In this document: one piece after another, positions 1-17,765 of the stretch
Layout: every line of letters begins with the position of its first letter
How positions within the stretch are numbered: the first letter of the stretch is position 1
From: Azolla caroliniana
Lineage: Eukaryota; Plantae; Polypodiophyta
NCBI GenBank assembly: GCA_043228905.1
Contig: JBHGNT010000001.1
Span: 13,268,001-13,332,000, forward strand
Direction of reading: 5' to 3'
Length of the DNA: 64,000 nucleotides
Position numbers and translations under genes: made by a program
Notes under the pieces: model-generated
Told to the model about the DNA's origin: nothing
Seen by the model: the letters and a program-made list of their open reading frames with translations, nothing else
The model's database searches: none

Positions 1-649
1 TTGACAAAGTTAAGTAGGACAGTATTTATTCTACTCTTCAAAATCCATAATAAGGGTTTTTGTGAATAGTCCTTTTGGGGGAGGGGGGGAGGATGATAAT
101 TGTTATGACCTAGCTTAATGAAGATCGAGAGATTTCAATCCTGAATCAATTTTGATTCTCCCCAAGTCAACAATTCTCAAGTTGTATCATTGTGTGTAAT
201 CTCTTCCTCTCAATATAATTGGCATAAAATTGATATGGAGTTTCTATAGTGAATTCCGTCTCAATCAATAATGAAAACTGTGAATCTTTCAACAAGAGGT
301 GCCTCTCAAGTAGTTTCAAATACTCACTTTCAATGCTTATTTGCTTTATGGGGTCGTTCTTCTAGATTTTATATTAGTATCTACACGTCTCATGGAGAGG
401 GTATCTCAGAGAGACTAATGTAAGCAAGGCCTGGCACAATTTATCCATCCAGAAACTCATTTGTCATACAAGGAAAGAAAGATGGCTAGCTCTATTTTAT
501 TAACATGTTTTTATTAGTTGCACTTACAAAAGTTCATTTATTGTACAAAGTATGGCAAATGGGCTCTATCTTCTTCAAAATGTTTTAATTAGCTGTACTT
601 GCAAAAATTCATTTATTGTACAAGAATAGCAAAATGACTGGTATCCTCT

Positions 650-5288
<4,639 letters not shown>

Positions 5289-7256
5289 GACGAGGATAGC
5301 GTTTGGATCTAGAAAACGTTTCTAGATGTTACATTGTAAATGAAAAGTGTGATTTCCTTGACGGGGATTTTTTCTCCTTCGAATGATGGTTGAGAAGGTT
5401 GCACAGTGAGAAGAATTCAAGGAAAAAACAAGCAAAGAGAAAGAATTCAAGCTGTGGAAAGAAACGATGAAACGACTGTGGAAAGAATCTAATCAAATTG
5501 CAATCCTGTGAATAAGAGAAGTAGGGACATTGTGAGAGGAATAAGACGAAGTTTTGTAGTTGCGATGTCCAAGTCTGTCAATTTCTGTCCAACTGAAGTC
5601 TAGACATGCTTTTCTCAAAAGAATAAAAGGTTGAGATAAAGCAGAAGAATATAGAAGGTTTGGAGTAATTTGCAGAGATCATCAGCTACAGGCAAGATAA
5701 TCAGAGAACCAGTCAGAAAATTCTGGAAAGATGTGAAAAAATGGTAAAGTAGGCTTAAAATGTCTAATTCTCTGCAGAGATTCAATGCTTGGAAAGATTT
5801 GAAGGAGAGAAGAGATAAGCAATCGATATTATCCTGCAAAGACGATGCAGACAGGAGAAAAACATGAAAAGAAAGCTTCTCGTCATTTCTGTCTCGCAGA
5901 GATCATTGATGCATAAAGAAGGAAATGGGAAACATTAGATATGATAAAAAGGAAGAAAAATGAATCTAATAAATTAGAGATACAAAAAGAGCAAGAACTT
6001 AATATTGTTTCTGTGGTGATCTCTTCAAACAGGAGAAAACAAGATCAGAGATGAGAATTACAGTAGCAATCTGCAGAGATTCGTGTAGACATTGTGGCTC
6101 TGAGACAAAGAGTAAATAGAAATGCTGAGGTAAATTTGCAAGGAAACAGTAAAATGATCAGAGAAACCAGAGATTTATTTCCAGAGACAATGAAGGAGAC
6201 CGGAGCTGAGATGTATACTATGTCTAGAGAGATAACTGCAGAAAGCAGAGAAGTTCTGAAAGACGATAAAAGAGAATAGGAAATCAGACCTGAAATTTTT
6301 ATGCTATATCTGTAGAGATGACGACAAAGGAAGAAGAACTCTTGAGAAAACAGTGAAAGGATGAGGAACAACCAATGGCAAAGAACGAAATTATACTATT
6401 TCTGCAGAGAGAGGGACAGTAAGGATAGAGGGTAGAGCTAGATAATGGGGTGATCAAAAGCCCTAAATTCCTGGCCAAACAGTGAATCCAAACCACGGAA
6501 TTCAATGAGGATTATGAGAAACCTTTTTACACGTCGATAATCAGTGTCTGTCTTCTTGCCATACGTGGAAAAGGAGGAGGATGATGATGAAGCCTTTCTG
6601 ACAAGACGAAGCTATGGTGAAAAAAGGAAACATGAAGTCTGGACAGCGACTAAAAAGAACTCTCCATAATTACAATGCGTAATGTATCTATTACGTTGTT
6701 TTAACTGGAATCCTTCGTTTTCGCCGTCTTCATTGCGAAAGAAAAGAAGAGGAAAGCAAAGTTTAAAGTTGAGAGACCCTTCCAGCTATGGCGATGCAGA
6801 TGGGAAAGCGACTAGAATAAACAGGCTTCTGTTTTTTCTGTCTTCCATCGAAACGAAAAACGAGAACTAGAGAAACAAAGACGTGCTCGATTCTTGGAAC
6901 ATGAATTTCGAGATGGAAAAGAGCATTAAAAAGCTCAAACCTTTTGTCTGCAACCTTTTGTCTGACAGAGACATTAGAAGACATACGGATCCATTAACAG
7001 ACAGAAAAAGAGCGCGCAAATTGGTCAGTGATCCTGTCTTATCTGGATACGTAGAACACCCGATCTTGATGGCGATTACCCTAATTCCTCTTCACGCGGT
7101 AACAATCTGATTACGAAAACCCTACCCTACCGTCCGTCTTAACCCTACTGTCTTTGGGGGCCACAAAGGTCTGCGAAAAGAAATGAACCTAACTGTTGCT
7201 TCAAGTGAGAATTTTGTGTACAGAAGAGCTCCTACTCTGTGCTGCAAGGGCAATAG

Positions 7257-7470
7257 AAACCCTAATTGCTACTGTAATGGATATGTAAATCTAATCATTG
7301 CGGTTAGGGAGAAATTTGGTGGTGGAATCCCTAATCGTTGCTGTACGGGCGGGAGAAATTTGAGTGCTGCAGCAGGTGAGGCCCTAACCAGACGACGGTG
7401 TGGGGAGGATTCGTGTGCCTGTGGTGCTACAAAGAAAAGAAAAATGGTGGAGGCCTGCAGGAAACCCTAA
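7257..7470 (+). promoter_or_regulatory. Telo-box motifs (AAACCCTAA) in the putative NEK 5' leader/promoter region
   Basis: AAACCCTAA at 7257-7265 and 7462-7470, with several near-matches between 7075 and 7390, ~2 kb upstream of the NEK start. Function is inferred only. Confidence 0.35.
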
Positions 7471-7665
7471 TTTGTGTTGATGGAGGACAAAAACATGAAT
7501 TCTACAAAGAATAGGATTAGGAATGAACTAGAAATCAAGTCATTAATTAGTTATCTGTACATATATAATACCCTGTCTCTTGTCTCTGTCTTTGTCTCTC
7601 TTTCCATCATGGCTGTTGAAAAAACAAAACAAAAAAAAGGGGCGAATAATAAATCGAGAAACTCG

Positions 7666-7877
7666 AAGTCAGTTAATTATTTATCTAGTAATGAGTCATG
7701 ACTCATGAGGAAGAAATCAATTGAATTTTGTAAGGGGTACTCACACTCTATTGGGGTGGGGAAGAGCCCAACCAAAGTCAGTTAATTATTTATCTAGTAA
7801 TGAGTCATGACTCATGAGGAAGAAATCAATTGAATTTGTAAGCTACTCACTCTACTGGGGTGGGGGAGAGCCCAACC
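7666..7877. repeat. Imperfect ~109-bp tandem duplication
   Basis: aagtcagttaattatttatctagtaatgagtcatgactcatgaggaagaaatcaattgaattt...gagcccaacc occurs at 7666-7773 and 7775-7877. Confidence 0.9.
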
Positions 7878-8579
7878 GCATAGCACTTGTAACCCGTCCA
7901 CAAGATGGGCTCGATGAAACTTTACCACCACAAGTTCTCGTATAGCTTGCCCACCAGATGGGCAAGTCACTTTTGAGTCATCGATACCAATAACATATTG
8001 GCAGTTGTAATGGCATCCATGTGAAGTTCCCTCTAGCATGGATATTCGGCCATTGTTTTCACCTCTCCCACCATTGAGAGATGAGTGTACGTATGAAGCA
8101 AGCATTCACTAACAAAGGCATGTTATGATAAGTATGCAATGTCTTACTCCCTCTATGTCAAGTTGCAAACATTCCAAATTATGGCTTGTGACTTCAAAGC
8201 TACAACCCTATGTGTGCTTTTATGACACTTCAAGTCAAGTTCCAAATGATTAGTGATCAATCAAGTTACCATTAGAGCGAATAGCTTAAAAGTACAACAC
8301 ATTGAGAAGTAAGGAGGGCTTGTGAGAGAAAGGAATTGATGGTAAAGTTGGTTCGTATGATGGATACTCGCTTGTTGGGCCCAATGCTTGTTGGGCCTAA
8401 TGCTATATACACACTATTATACTTTCTAGTGCTAAAATATAAATCCTAATGCTTGAGTAATCACCTTTTCTCTCTCTAGAACATAATGTGGCATTTATAC
8501 CTACATTAATATAAGACCGTGAAACCCTTACTATTCCTTATCCAATGGCTAAATACTCACTTTTTCATGACTACTTTTA

Positions 8580-11500
8580 TTTTTATTTTTCAAAATGAAG
8601 CTACTTTCCCATTAGTTAGGAAGGATTATTACAAGGAGACTATACAAGGAAGCTTATACACAAAACGGGGAATCTCCCTCTGATCAAGATCAAGAAAATG
8701 AGACTACTTACATAGTCTTTCAAACCGACTACCTAAAGTAAGTAGATACCTATAACTAAAAGCAGCGGCATTTAGTGTCAGTCAGTATGAGCCGACTCCT
8801 GGGGCCTACAACGAAGGGAGGGTGGCATGTGAGAAGGAAACAACCAGTGTGTTCTGCCATTTCTGCCAAAAGCGCAAATGGGCAGTGGCCACATCATTGG
8901 AGTGGTTGCAAACCTCGTCCAATTGCCCTCGTAGGCAGCTGATAAGCGTGAACCATATATCCATGATCACTTCCGTTGGGGGCTATACCAGATCTTGGAA
9001 AACCTTTAGGCATCGTGCTTTCCAGACATACCACAAGGTGAAGCCTGCGATCAACCTCCAAATTTCTAGGAACCTAGGGGATGCGGACAACAAGTCTCTC
9101 TCAAAACGGATCTTCTCGATTTTGCCTCTCGTGCATACATAGCACCAACTATCCGCATTGGAGGCGTCCGTCCACATATCAACTGAGTGATCAATCCATG
9201 CCGCAACACTCCACAATGTTGTTCCTTCCACTTCACATGCCGCAAGGAGGCGAGTGACTTTGTCCCATACCTTTTGAGCTTGAGGGCAATCCCAAAGATA
9301 GTGTCTCAAAGACTCAATAGGTGAAGAGCAAAGTGGGCAACCTATAGGGCCGCCACTTTTACCTAGCCATTCACCAACGGACCACGTTATGACCAATTTG
9401 CCACCAAAAGAGATTGATTTTTTCAGGCATGTGGAGACGCCAGAGACCCTTCCAAAAGGTAATGAGCACCTCGTTAGGGATGCCCAATGTTCGCTAGCCA
9501 TTACGAAGGGGACCATCAAGCTGCAGTGGTAAAGTCTACCCAAATTTAGTGCTATATTCGAAGAAGTGGCGGAGTTTGCCATCATGTTTCCACATGAAAT
9601 CCCCTAGGTCCCATTCTAGTTCGACGAGGGGATGAGAACCATATGCCCATAACTTCCAATGGGGTTCCACGGTCTACCTTAGTAACATCCGGGTCTGTCT
9701 TCCAGATGTTATCAACCTGTGCCACCACTCGAACTTGGTGCCAAGTGCCCCTACTCTGCCTCTCCCCAAAAAATGTATCTCTTCCCAATCCACTCATGCC
9801 CTTCAACAACTTAACCATTCTAGCCTCATCAAAGAGACCGAACCATGCATCTTCTCGCACTTCCCCCATCGAAACCCTATCAACTGCCTCAGTTGTCAAT
9901 CTCCGCATTTTCATACCTCCCTTGAGGGGAGGGAATGGGTCCTCATGGGCTCCCCTTGGAGAAACCATGCGTCTCCAATCGTCTATACAATGAAGCCCTG
10001 TCTCCGCCAACTTTCCCCATGCTAGGCCCTTAAGTTGCCCTAACATCATGTCATCACTTGTTCGCACCGAGGATTCCAAAATAAAGGTTGTCTAGTCCAC
10101 TCGATTAGTGTCTTTGGGGTGTGCTTGACCAAATGTTGTCGCACATGACACCATGCCCGCAAGATGGAGTTCGTTACCCTGTCCTCTGGTTGACAAGCCA
10201 TCTAGGGTGGGACTCCACTCGCGCAACACCAATTCAAGGAGTTAGGCCAAGGCCTACCATACTTGGGAGTCCTTGCTTGCAACCTGTTGCAAAGTAGTAC
10301 CTTCCAAAACCCCTTGCTTGGTAGAAGGCAACGAACCACCAATTTGGCCAGCAATGCACGACTCTGCGTTAAGAGGTCTATGAGACCAAGCCCCCCTTTG
10401 GCCCGTGGTTACGTTAACAAACGCCATGACACTCTGGCAGCAGCCATTGGGTTGTCCTTACCGGACCATATAAACTCCCTGATGGCAGCCTTAATCATAT
10501 GCAAACCTACTCCATTGGTTCAACTTCCTACTTATTTTGGCTTGCACATGGGACAATTGCGTTCCCTTGGGAATTGCCCTCCCCATCGTAAATCCTAGGT
10601 ACTTGAACGTCGTCCCGTCAGGGACCCATGTAAAATCGGCATGGGGATGCCACCTTGGTTTCTCTTGTTTGTTGAACCAGGGGCCTTGGGTTTTATCCCA
10701 ATTTACCTTGGCACCAACGGCATGACAAAAGTCCTCGACTAGATGTTCAGCCCGCGGCAAATTCTCCTCATCACCCTACAAGAAGAGGACCATATCATCG
10801 ACATATTCAGATAAAAGAAGATCTTCACTCGCATTAGGGATGGGCAATTCCCTCAATCTGTTGCTTAGTGCTTGTAAGTAGGCAGAGAAAGCCTCAGTTA
10901 CGAATAGATAAAGATATGGGGCTAGGGGACAACCTTGCCTCACAGAGCGTTGTAGTTGGAAGGAGGGCCCCCTAACACCCGCTATTAGCACACTACTGGT
11001 AGCAGTCTGATAGAGTGCAGAAGTGCATTTCCTCCATTTTTGGGGTAGGCCCATAACTCTCATCACGTTTTCCAAGAAGGGCCATAATACCCTGTTGTAG
11101 GCATTCTCAAAGTCTAGCATCAGAATAGCTGAGCTTGAGACGAAGTGATCTGCCAATGCCATTGCTTCCCAGAGAAGCAACACATTATCAAAGATACACA
11201 TGCTCCTGATAAACCTTGTTTGATTCTCATGTATATATGTTCGGTAAGAAGCTTGCTAACCGCCGAGCGAGAACTTTTGCGAGTATCTTGTAAATCGTGT
11301 TAAGGATCATTATTGGACGCCACTGGCGCAACTCTAGGCTTCGCTCTGCCGCTTTGGGAATGAGATAGATCATCCCCTCAGCCAGCCTGGTCGGCATCGT
11401 TCCCGAGGACCAGATCTCCTGAACCCCGGCTTCCAATGACGGGATAACACTATCCCAATGGATCTCAAAAAAATTTCGTGAGAGACCATCGGGGCCGGGG

Positions 11501-13680
11501 CATGCTCCTCTCCGCAAATCCCTGAGTGCCTCCGAGAGTTCTATTCGAGAAATGGGGCTATCGAGCACCATTTCTATCTCTTGGGTTACCTTGGGGTGAA
11601 TGCAAGTCATCACCCTATCAACCAACTCTATGTTTTGTCTCATATGCATAGGTGCAAGTAGGTCTTGATAGTATTGTGTTGCCATATGCAGAATCTCATC
11701 CTTGTCCTCCGTAATTGAGCCGTCAGGTTTGCGCAACCCTTGTATACGTCCACCACCACCCTTTGGAGCCCTATAATGAAAGAAATGTCGGTTGACCCTA
11801 TCGTCTATTCTAGCCCACCATGTCGCGGTTCTTCTAAATAGCATTTGGTTCCTCTCCTCTGTCCTTTCCCGCACCTTCATCTTGGCTTCCTCTAGCTTAG
11901 ACCTAGACCAATTGCAACCAGGGTTTGCCTGTAGCAACCGTTGCGCTACCACAACAGACTTCCTTAATTTTATTTCAATGGCTCTGACTTGCTGGAGGGC
12001 TCGCTTGGTCTCATGTTGTAAAAAGGAGGAGGAGAGGGCCAGTTTTTTCTGCAAATCCTCACTGGCTTATTCTCTTACAATGGTCTCCCGCCATATACTC
12101 TGTAGACCAGCCTTCACCTCTTCACTCTTCATGATCTTTGTGCACATTAAGACTCCCCTTTCTGCCATTGGGTGGGTTAAGGTCTAGTCTCATCGGGTGG
12201 TGACCAGAGAAGGTAAGACTTGCCAAGATAGCGAAGGAGCCCCCTAGCTCTTCAAGGGACGAGCTGATGCATATGTGGTCTAATTGTGCAAGGCTACCAC
12301 CCCTAATATTTACGGCGTCTCTAGAGAAGTGCATCGATTGTGAGCATCTCCTAAGGGAAGAGCCCCATGTATCTTTCACCCCCGATTTTGTCATTTAAGA
12401 AAGCCCATGAATCTAGCTCCGCACCATGAATTGGTCTTTGGGTCCCCCCTTTCCTATCTCCTAGGTGCTTAGTCATGTTGAAATCACCAGCCATTATCCA
12501 TGCCTCTGCATCAGGTAATGTGGTTGCTAACATCCTCTAGAAGATTGCTCTCTCGAGGATGAGTTAGGGGCATAAATGTTTAGCACCCCAATTTGTAGGC
12601 GATTCCATTTCAGAAGCACATATAAGGCTCTATTTGCGACCAACGTGCCATGTGATGTTACTTCATATCAGTCCTTATCGCTGATCGAGATGCATACCCC
12701 TCCTCTTCGGTGGAGGTTACCCTGTGCCGCCGACCACCACGTGGTCCATCCACCCGACAAGGGGTTTACTAGGCTCTGAGCTCTCTCTTTCAAAGAGGTG
12801 GTGTTCTTGCAAAAGCAATATGTCGATATTGCCCCCAATGTTAGGGGGATTCAACTCCTCCCAAAGTCTTTTGCACTCTTGGTGTTGTCGGCCTCCACCA
12901 AGGCCCTGTACATTCCACGTTAATATCCTCATCTGAAAACGGTGAGGTTGACGCCCATGTTTGGGCTGACCCCCATGTTGTGGGGCAAACTAACAACTGT
13001 TTCTGGGGCTATGGGCTCCAGCGAGGACTGAAGAGCCCCTAAGGGATTCTCAGCTTGTCGATCCTAGCCCAGTTCAAATAGTTCTCGCGATACGTTTTGG
13101 CTCCTAAGTGGCTTCCCAACCTGCATCCCTTTATCCCAAATAGTCCTCACCAAACTAGGTGATGGTTTGCCTGTATTTCCCTTCCCTTTGCCCTTGATCT
13201 TGCTCGTTTGGATCCAAGATTTCAGTAATCTGAGGTCACCGCCACATTCACGTTCCATCATGAGGGGGGCCTTTGCCAACATCTCCTCTAGGGTGGATAG
13301 TACAAGATGTGGTTGCAACTCCATCGGGGTGGGGAACACGAGCTAAGGATCTTGTGGGGGAAGGGACAAGGAGTCACATGGGGACAGTTGCTGGCAACGC
13401 TTCTGGGTCGTCATCCCCTAACCCTTGGAGCAATGTAAATCTGTTGGTAGCTCTCACATATAGGTCGTGTGCTTCCGCACTCCCTGAGAGGATCTTCACC
13501 TGTTTCAAGGGTTGCTCGTCCACACTTGCTGGTGACAAGGTAGTGGAACTTTTTTCTAAGGGAAGGCATTGAGAGGGGGGGGAGGCTGCACCTAAGCTTC
13601 CAAGTTTCCCCTTCTTCTTGACGGGCTGCCAAGGAGCCTCGTCACCCTTAGTTGACGCGGTCTTCCTAGAGGCTAAACCC
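8580..13680 (-). mobile_element. L1-type LINE (LINE-1 here), 5'-truncated within ORF1, degenerate
   Basis: 18-bp TSD ttttcatgactactttta at 8562-8579 and 13681-13698, with an A-rich tail (T-rich on +) at 8580-8590. ORF2 fragments: endonuclease (MRILTWNVQGLG, LQEHH, AGDFN), RT (PGPDG, QWRPI, LDFENAY, RQGCPLAPYLY, YVDD) and a C-terminal zinc finger (CPLC...HYLWDC). Confidence 0.92.
8983..12932 (-). pseudogene. LINE-1 ORF2 (endonuclease-RT-zinc finger), fragmented
   Basis: Collinear ORF pieces 12717-12932, 12351-12533, 11227-12054, 10776-11201, 10491-10760, 9582-10079 and 8983-9585, separated by stops and frameshifts. Confidence 0.88.
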
Positions 13681-15330
13681 TTTTCATGACTACTTTTACT
13701 TGGAAACCTTATATATGCATAAATACCTAGAATGGATGTGTTCACATTGTGTTCATTGATCATCCATTCCTACCCAATCTATATTCATGGTTCATTTTTA
13801 CTTTAGCATTATGAGAAGTATTTAACATTACCTACCCCTTGAAAAGTGTTAAAAACTAGTATGAAAATTGAACTTTTAGGTTAGAAACATGTTTGTCCAA
13901 TAATCTACATGCTACGATATTCACAATATTTTGTGAATGATACATAAAGCTATCTATCAAAGAACTATGAAATTTATTGTTCTTGATGACATTTGGGTCG
14001 TGGGTTCAAGCCAAACTTGGAACAACACACAAATAGTTGTTTATGTTTACACATGTTGTGCATGTGGTCTAGGCAACCTTCCTAAATAGACCACTCAAGG
14101 ACACTCAAGTGAATCCGTCCATGGTTTGAACTTGCTCGAGGAGAATTTTAGTTTCATAAACTCTATTGAACACTTGGCTTGTAAATTATCCTTGGTGATC
14201 ATAGATTGATGCTGAATATGTTGGTTTTACCAATGATTTGTTGGTGACAGTGGTAATCCTATTGTTGAGCATTTGGGAGGTTCAATTTCTTCAAAAAACA
14301 AAGTAGTTTATCATTTACATCAATCTCATTTGATGAACCTTGCAATATAAATACCTTAAGCTCTACATACCATTACTTCAATCGACATAATAGCCACATG
14401 CATTGAGATAGCATGTACTATCTAATGTGGTGTTGTCAGCTATGTTGGTAGGAGGACTGAGTTAATTATGCTTGGAAATTATATGTTCCCTTCATACATT
14501 GATATGCTATATCAATGACGAACAATTTACCTAGTCTACCTAATCAAAGACCGTGGCGTTTCTTGCCTTATCTTTGATATTCAATATGTACATTAGGAGA
14601 ATGTAGCTCCATTTCTTCCTCGGCTTCACTTGACTCTATTATATCTGCATGGACTCTCTCTTGAACTTGAACTAGGTGCAGCTTTCCTTCAAGGGAATGC
14701 AAATTACTTTTGATTTTCAATACCTCATTTCAAAGATTTCTTTTGTGGCTCTTGTTAGGGGTGGAACCCAAGAAAATTTGTTCAGGAACAATGGCTCTAA
14801 TAAACTGAGCTCATTTTCATGATGTCATGTACTGCCCAATGTGGTGGTTGACTAGATGGTAAGGCAAGGAAGGAATCATAGGAGCAGATGCTGGAAAGAC
14901 AGGTAAAAATGCTTGAGTACATAATAGAGCTATGTAATATTACTCATAGGTCGTCAAGAATGGGTAGTCCAGCTTTATCGATCATCATCTATATTGAAAA
15001 TGGCAAGCATAAATGACATGGTCTCCTATCCCCAAACAACTCTAATTTACAGATTAGATAGAACCAACAAATACTTTAGCAGCAGAATATCCACATAGCT
15101 TAATGGACAAACCTCAATTAAGCACAAAAAGCAAACTTCAGCTAGTGCTAATAACTTTTTGGCACTAGCTATTAGTACAAGAGCATTAATGTAATGTCTC
15201 TAAGATTCAAAAGAATACGCATGTTACCTATTCTTACTTTTAAGTGTCAAATGTTCATGTAAAGTATCCAGAGCTTCAAATCCTGTAAAGATGGAGTGCA
15301 ATCTCTCCATGAATTCTTTTTTCAAAATTG

Positions 15331-16648
15331 CTATTCTCCAGGGGGTACAATGCCCTGCCTGAGTTTCTCCCTCTTTAGTTTTTTTTTAGATACAGGCTTC
15401 TTCTTCTTGGGAGGTAGTGTTCTCCTTGCATACTCATACAAAGCATAATTGCCAACAACAAAAATCAGCACAACACTTATGACCACCAAAAGTACAATAA
15501 GTGCAGGGTTGAAGCCCCCAGAATGATTTGCTGATTTAAAGAACTCCTGCAAAATAAGCAAAAATTATTGTCAGGGATTTTCTATGCTTAAAAAGCTCCT
15601 TGGTGTAGATGGTGTGGAGTTCATCCATGGTGGCATTAACTCAGGTATCATTTCATTTGAATCAAGTTGCTTTTTTTTTTCTACCGATGAAGCGAATACT
15701 CGAGCAAGATGGTATTGATGCATGTATGCCCCTGCATTTTTGACTAATTCTTATCCTCTTGTTATGAAGCAAATTCTCAAGGAGATGACACTATATTTTC
15801 ATCATTTCATTGAAATAAGCGAGAAAATACCACACAAGCATGTCATGAAATATTTGCAAACATTAAACACCAACTTTCCTTCAGACGCATACACAGTAGA
15901 TCAAGAACAGAAAATGCCAACTAGCCATCTCATTAGGCTTCTCTATACATCCTAGATCTTTATGCAATAACCACGAAGTTCGGGTCTTGAATTTACAGTT
16001 ATCATTCCACAGTACAGATGAGGAAGGCACGGAAATGTCTCTCATACACATTCAATCATATTCTACATTCCCCACCACAATCACAATCTATATGCAAAAA
16101 ATGCAAATATTGTGCAAGCCAGATCTGTTGTTATCTGGTTAAGTGTCTAAATTTTGGCATATCTTCTTCACATCAGGACTTACTCTAATATTGTGCAAGC
16201 CAGATCTGCTGTTATCTGGATAAGTGTCTAGATTTTGACATATTTTCACATCAGGACTTATTCTCACAGTTTCTATCACAATCATGCTTCTGTATGTATG
16301 CAACAAATCTAGTGTGTAATTCTACACCTGTCAAATATTAAGACTGAAATCAGCATGTTCACGCCACAACTACGAGCAAAAGCTGCACCTCATCTTGCAC
16401 GTCCGATCTGTTAATCTACTTACCTGAATAAATCTTTATCTTGGCAAATAGTTCTACAGCAGAAGAGAGGATATAATTGAATGAGAAACGATGAATGCAC
16501 AGAGAAATCACAGATAACGCTCCTCGTGATCATATCAGAGAGACGATTTCCGGGTGGAGGACCCAAGAAATGGAGGGCGACAAGATCAAAGGGAAGAAGA
16601 GAGAACAGATCTAACCTCGTTATCGAAATCTATCTCCTCCTCGGACAT
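15331..16648 (-). CDS. S1FA: S1FA-like small basic DNA-binding/membrane protein, 2 exons (16648-16616, 15546-15331), 82 aa
   Basis: [11 protein letters not shown]|[22 protein letters not shown]...[39 protein letters not shown] matches the S1FA family signature (NPGLIVLLV...[26 protein letters not shown]). GT-AG intron 16615-15547 is in phase 0. Confidence 0.9.
16107..16264. repeat. ~80-bp imperfect tandem duplication in the S1FA intron
   Basis: aatattgtgcaagccagatctg...cacatcaggactta occurs twice in tandem. Confidence 0.85.
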
Positions 16649-17376
16649 GGCGTCTCCTGGTTTCCTGCAGCAGGATTTCTCTCGCTCGATGTAGATGTAG
16701 ATGTAGATGTAGATGTGGATGTGGCGGGGCTCTAAATTGGAAGACGGCTGGCTTTTTATATGTACATTGTACATACATAAAACATGGGGTGGATTGATTC
16801 TATTCTATTTGATACATATGTAATATGTAATATACATGGGGGTGGATTCAATTCTATTTAGTATTGAATTCATAAATAGAGAAGTTCGTTCATTCCTAGG
16901 TAGAGGAAGTTTTGGTGGCGGGCGGGCGGACGGGCCATCCCCATCCCTTTGCCCGCCCATCTACACCATCGCCTTCCTCCTTCATGACTCTTAACTCACA
17001 TTCTCTATAGTGAGGAGACTTGTCCGACCACCCACTATTTGTATTTCCCCCGTCTTAACAAGAGTCGGAGAGCCTTGAGCCATCAATCAGATCACACGCA
17101 CTTCGATATACTATTGCTTTGCCTTCAACTTCAACCACTTTCAAATTTGCTTCCCACACATTGTCTGACAGGGTCCGATGTACTCTCTCAACTGCAATAA
17201 TGATTGTCAGTAACATTTTGATCAATTCAAAGTTGCCACTATCAGTTTCACTTTCGGGCTCATACATCCTATTCGACCTTAGAGGCGGATAATAATACCC
17301 CATCATATCTTTCGAAATTCTATTTCCCACCTCGTTTGGATATATGCACATTCCAAAATATATTTCCACTCATCGC

Positions 17377-17652
17377 TGTTGAGAATCAAACTCAACTTCC
17401 CGTGTGTGGGAACACACTCTAAGGTACTCAAGTGTGTGACCACCCCACCTCCTTGTATAGTAACTAGTGTGTCATAGAAGTTAATATCCTATGACGCATA
17501 TTCTTTAAGTAGTTAAGACGAGAGAACTAAGAGAGAAGGTGACTACATAAGCACCTTCTCGTTCTCTTTGTAACTATTGGTAATTCTTGCTTCCTTTGTA
17601 ATACATTTTTCTTGTTTTTCTGTAATCTTGAGCTCTCTCACTCTCTCACTCA

Positions 17653-17683
<31 letters not shown>

Positions 17684-17765
17684 CCCCCCCACCCCCCCCC
17701 CACCCCCCCCAATACACACACACACAGAGTTCTTCCGATGCATAGAATCCATCCGATTCTTTACA
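17377..17765 (+). repeat. 5' LTR of Copia A
   Basis: TG...CA termini, homology to the LTRs of B and G, internal (CT)n/(CA)n tracts, immediately followed by the PBS. Confidence 0.88.

Noticed and set aside
5600-7700. Several short ORFs upstream of NEK
   Set aside because: Low-complexity AG-rich leader/intron-like sequence with no recognisable domains.
13985-14030. B-box-like GGGTTCAAGCC as a SINE or tRNA remnant
   Set aside because: No convincing A-box, tail or TSD could be identified.
16686-16723. (GATGTA)n repeat giving a DVDVDV ORF
   Set aside because: Simple repeat in the S1FA 5' leader; the ORF is incidental.
17055-17369. 104-aa minus-strand ORF next to Copia A as a truncated host gene
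   Set aside because: GTG start directly preceded by an in-frame TGA, no recognisable motif, and no splice support.
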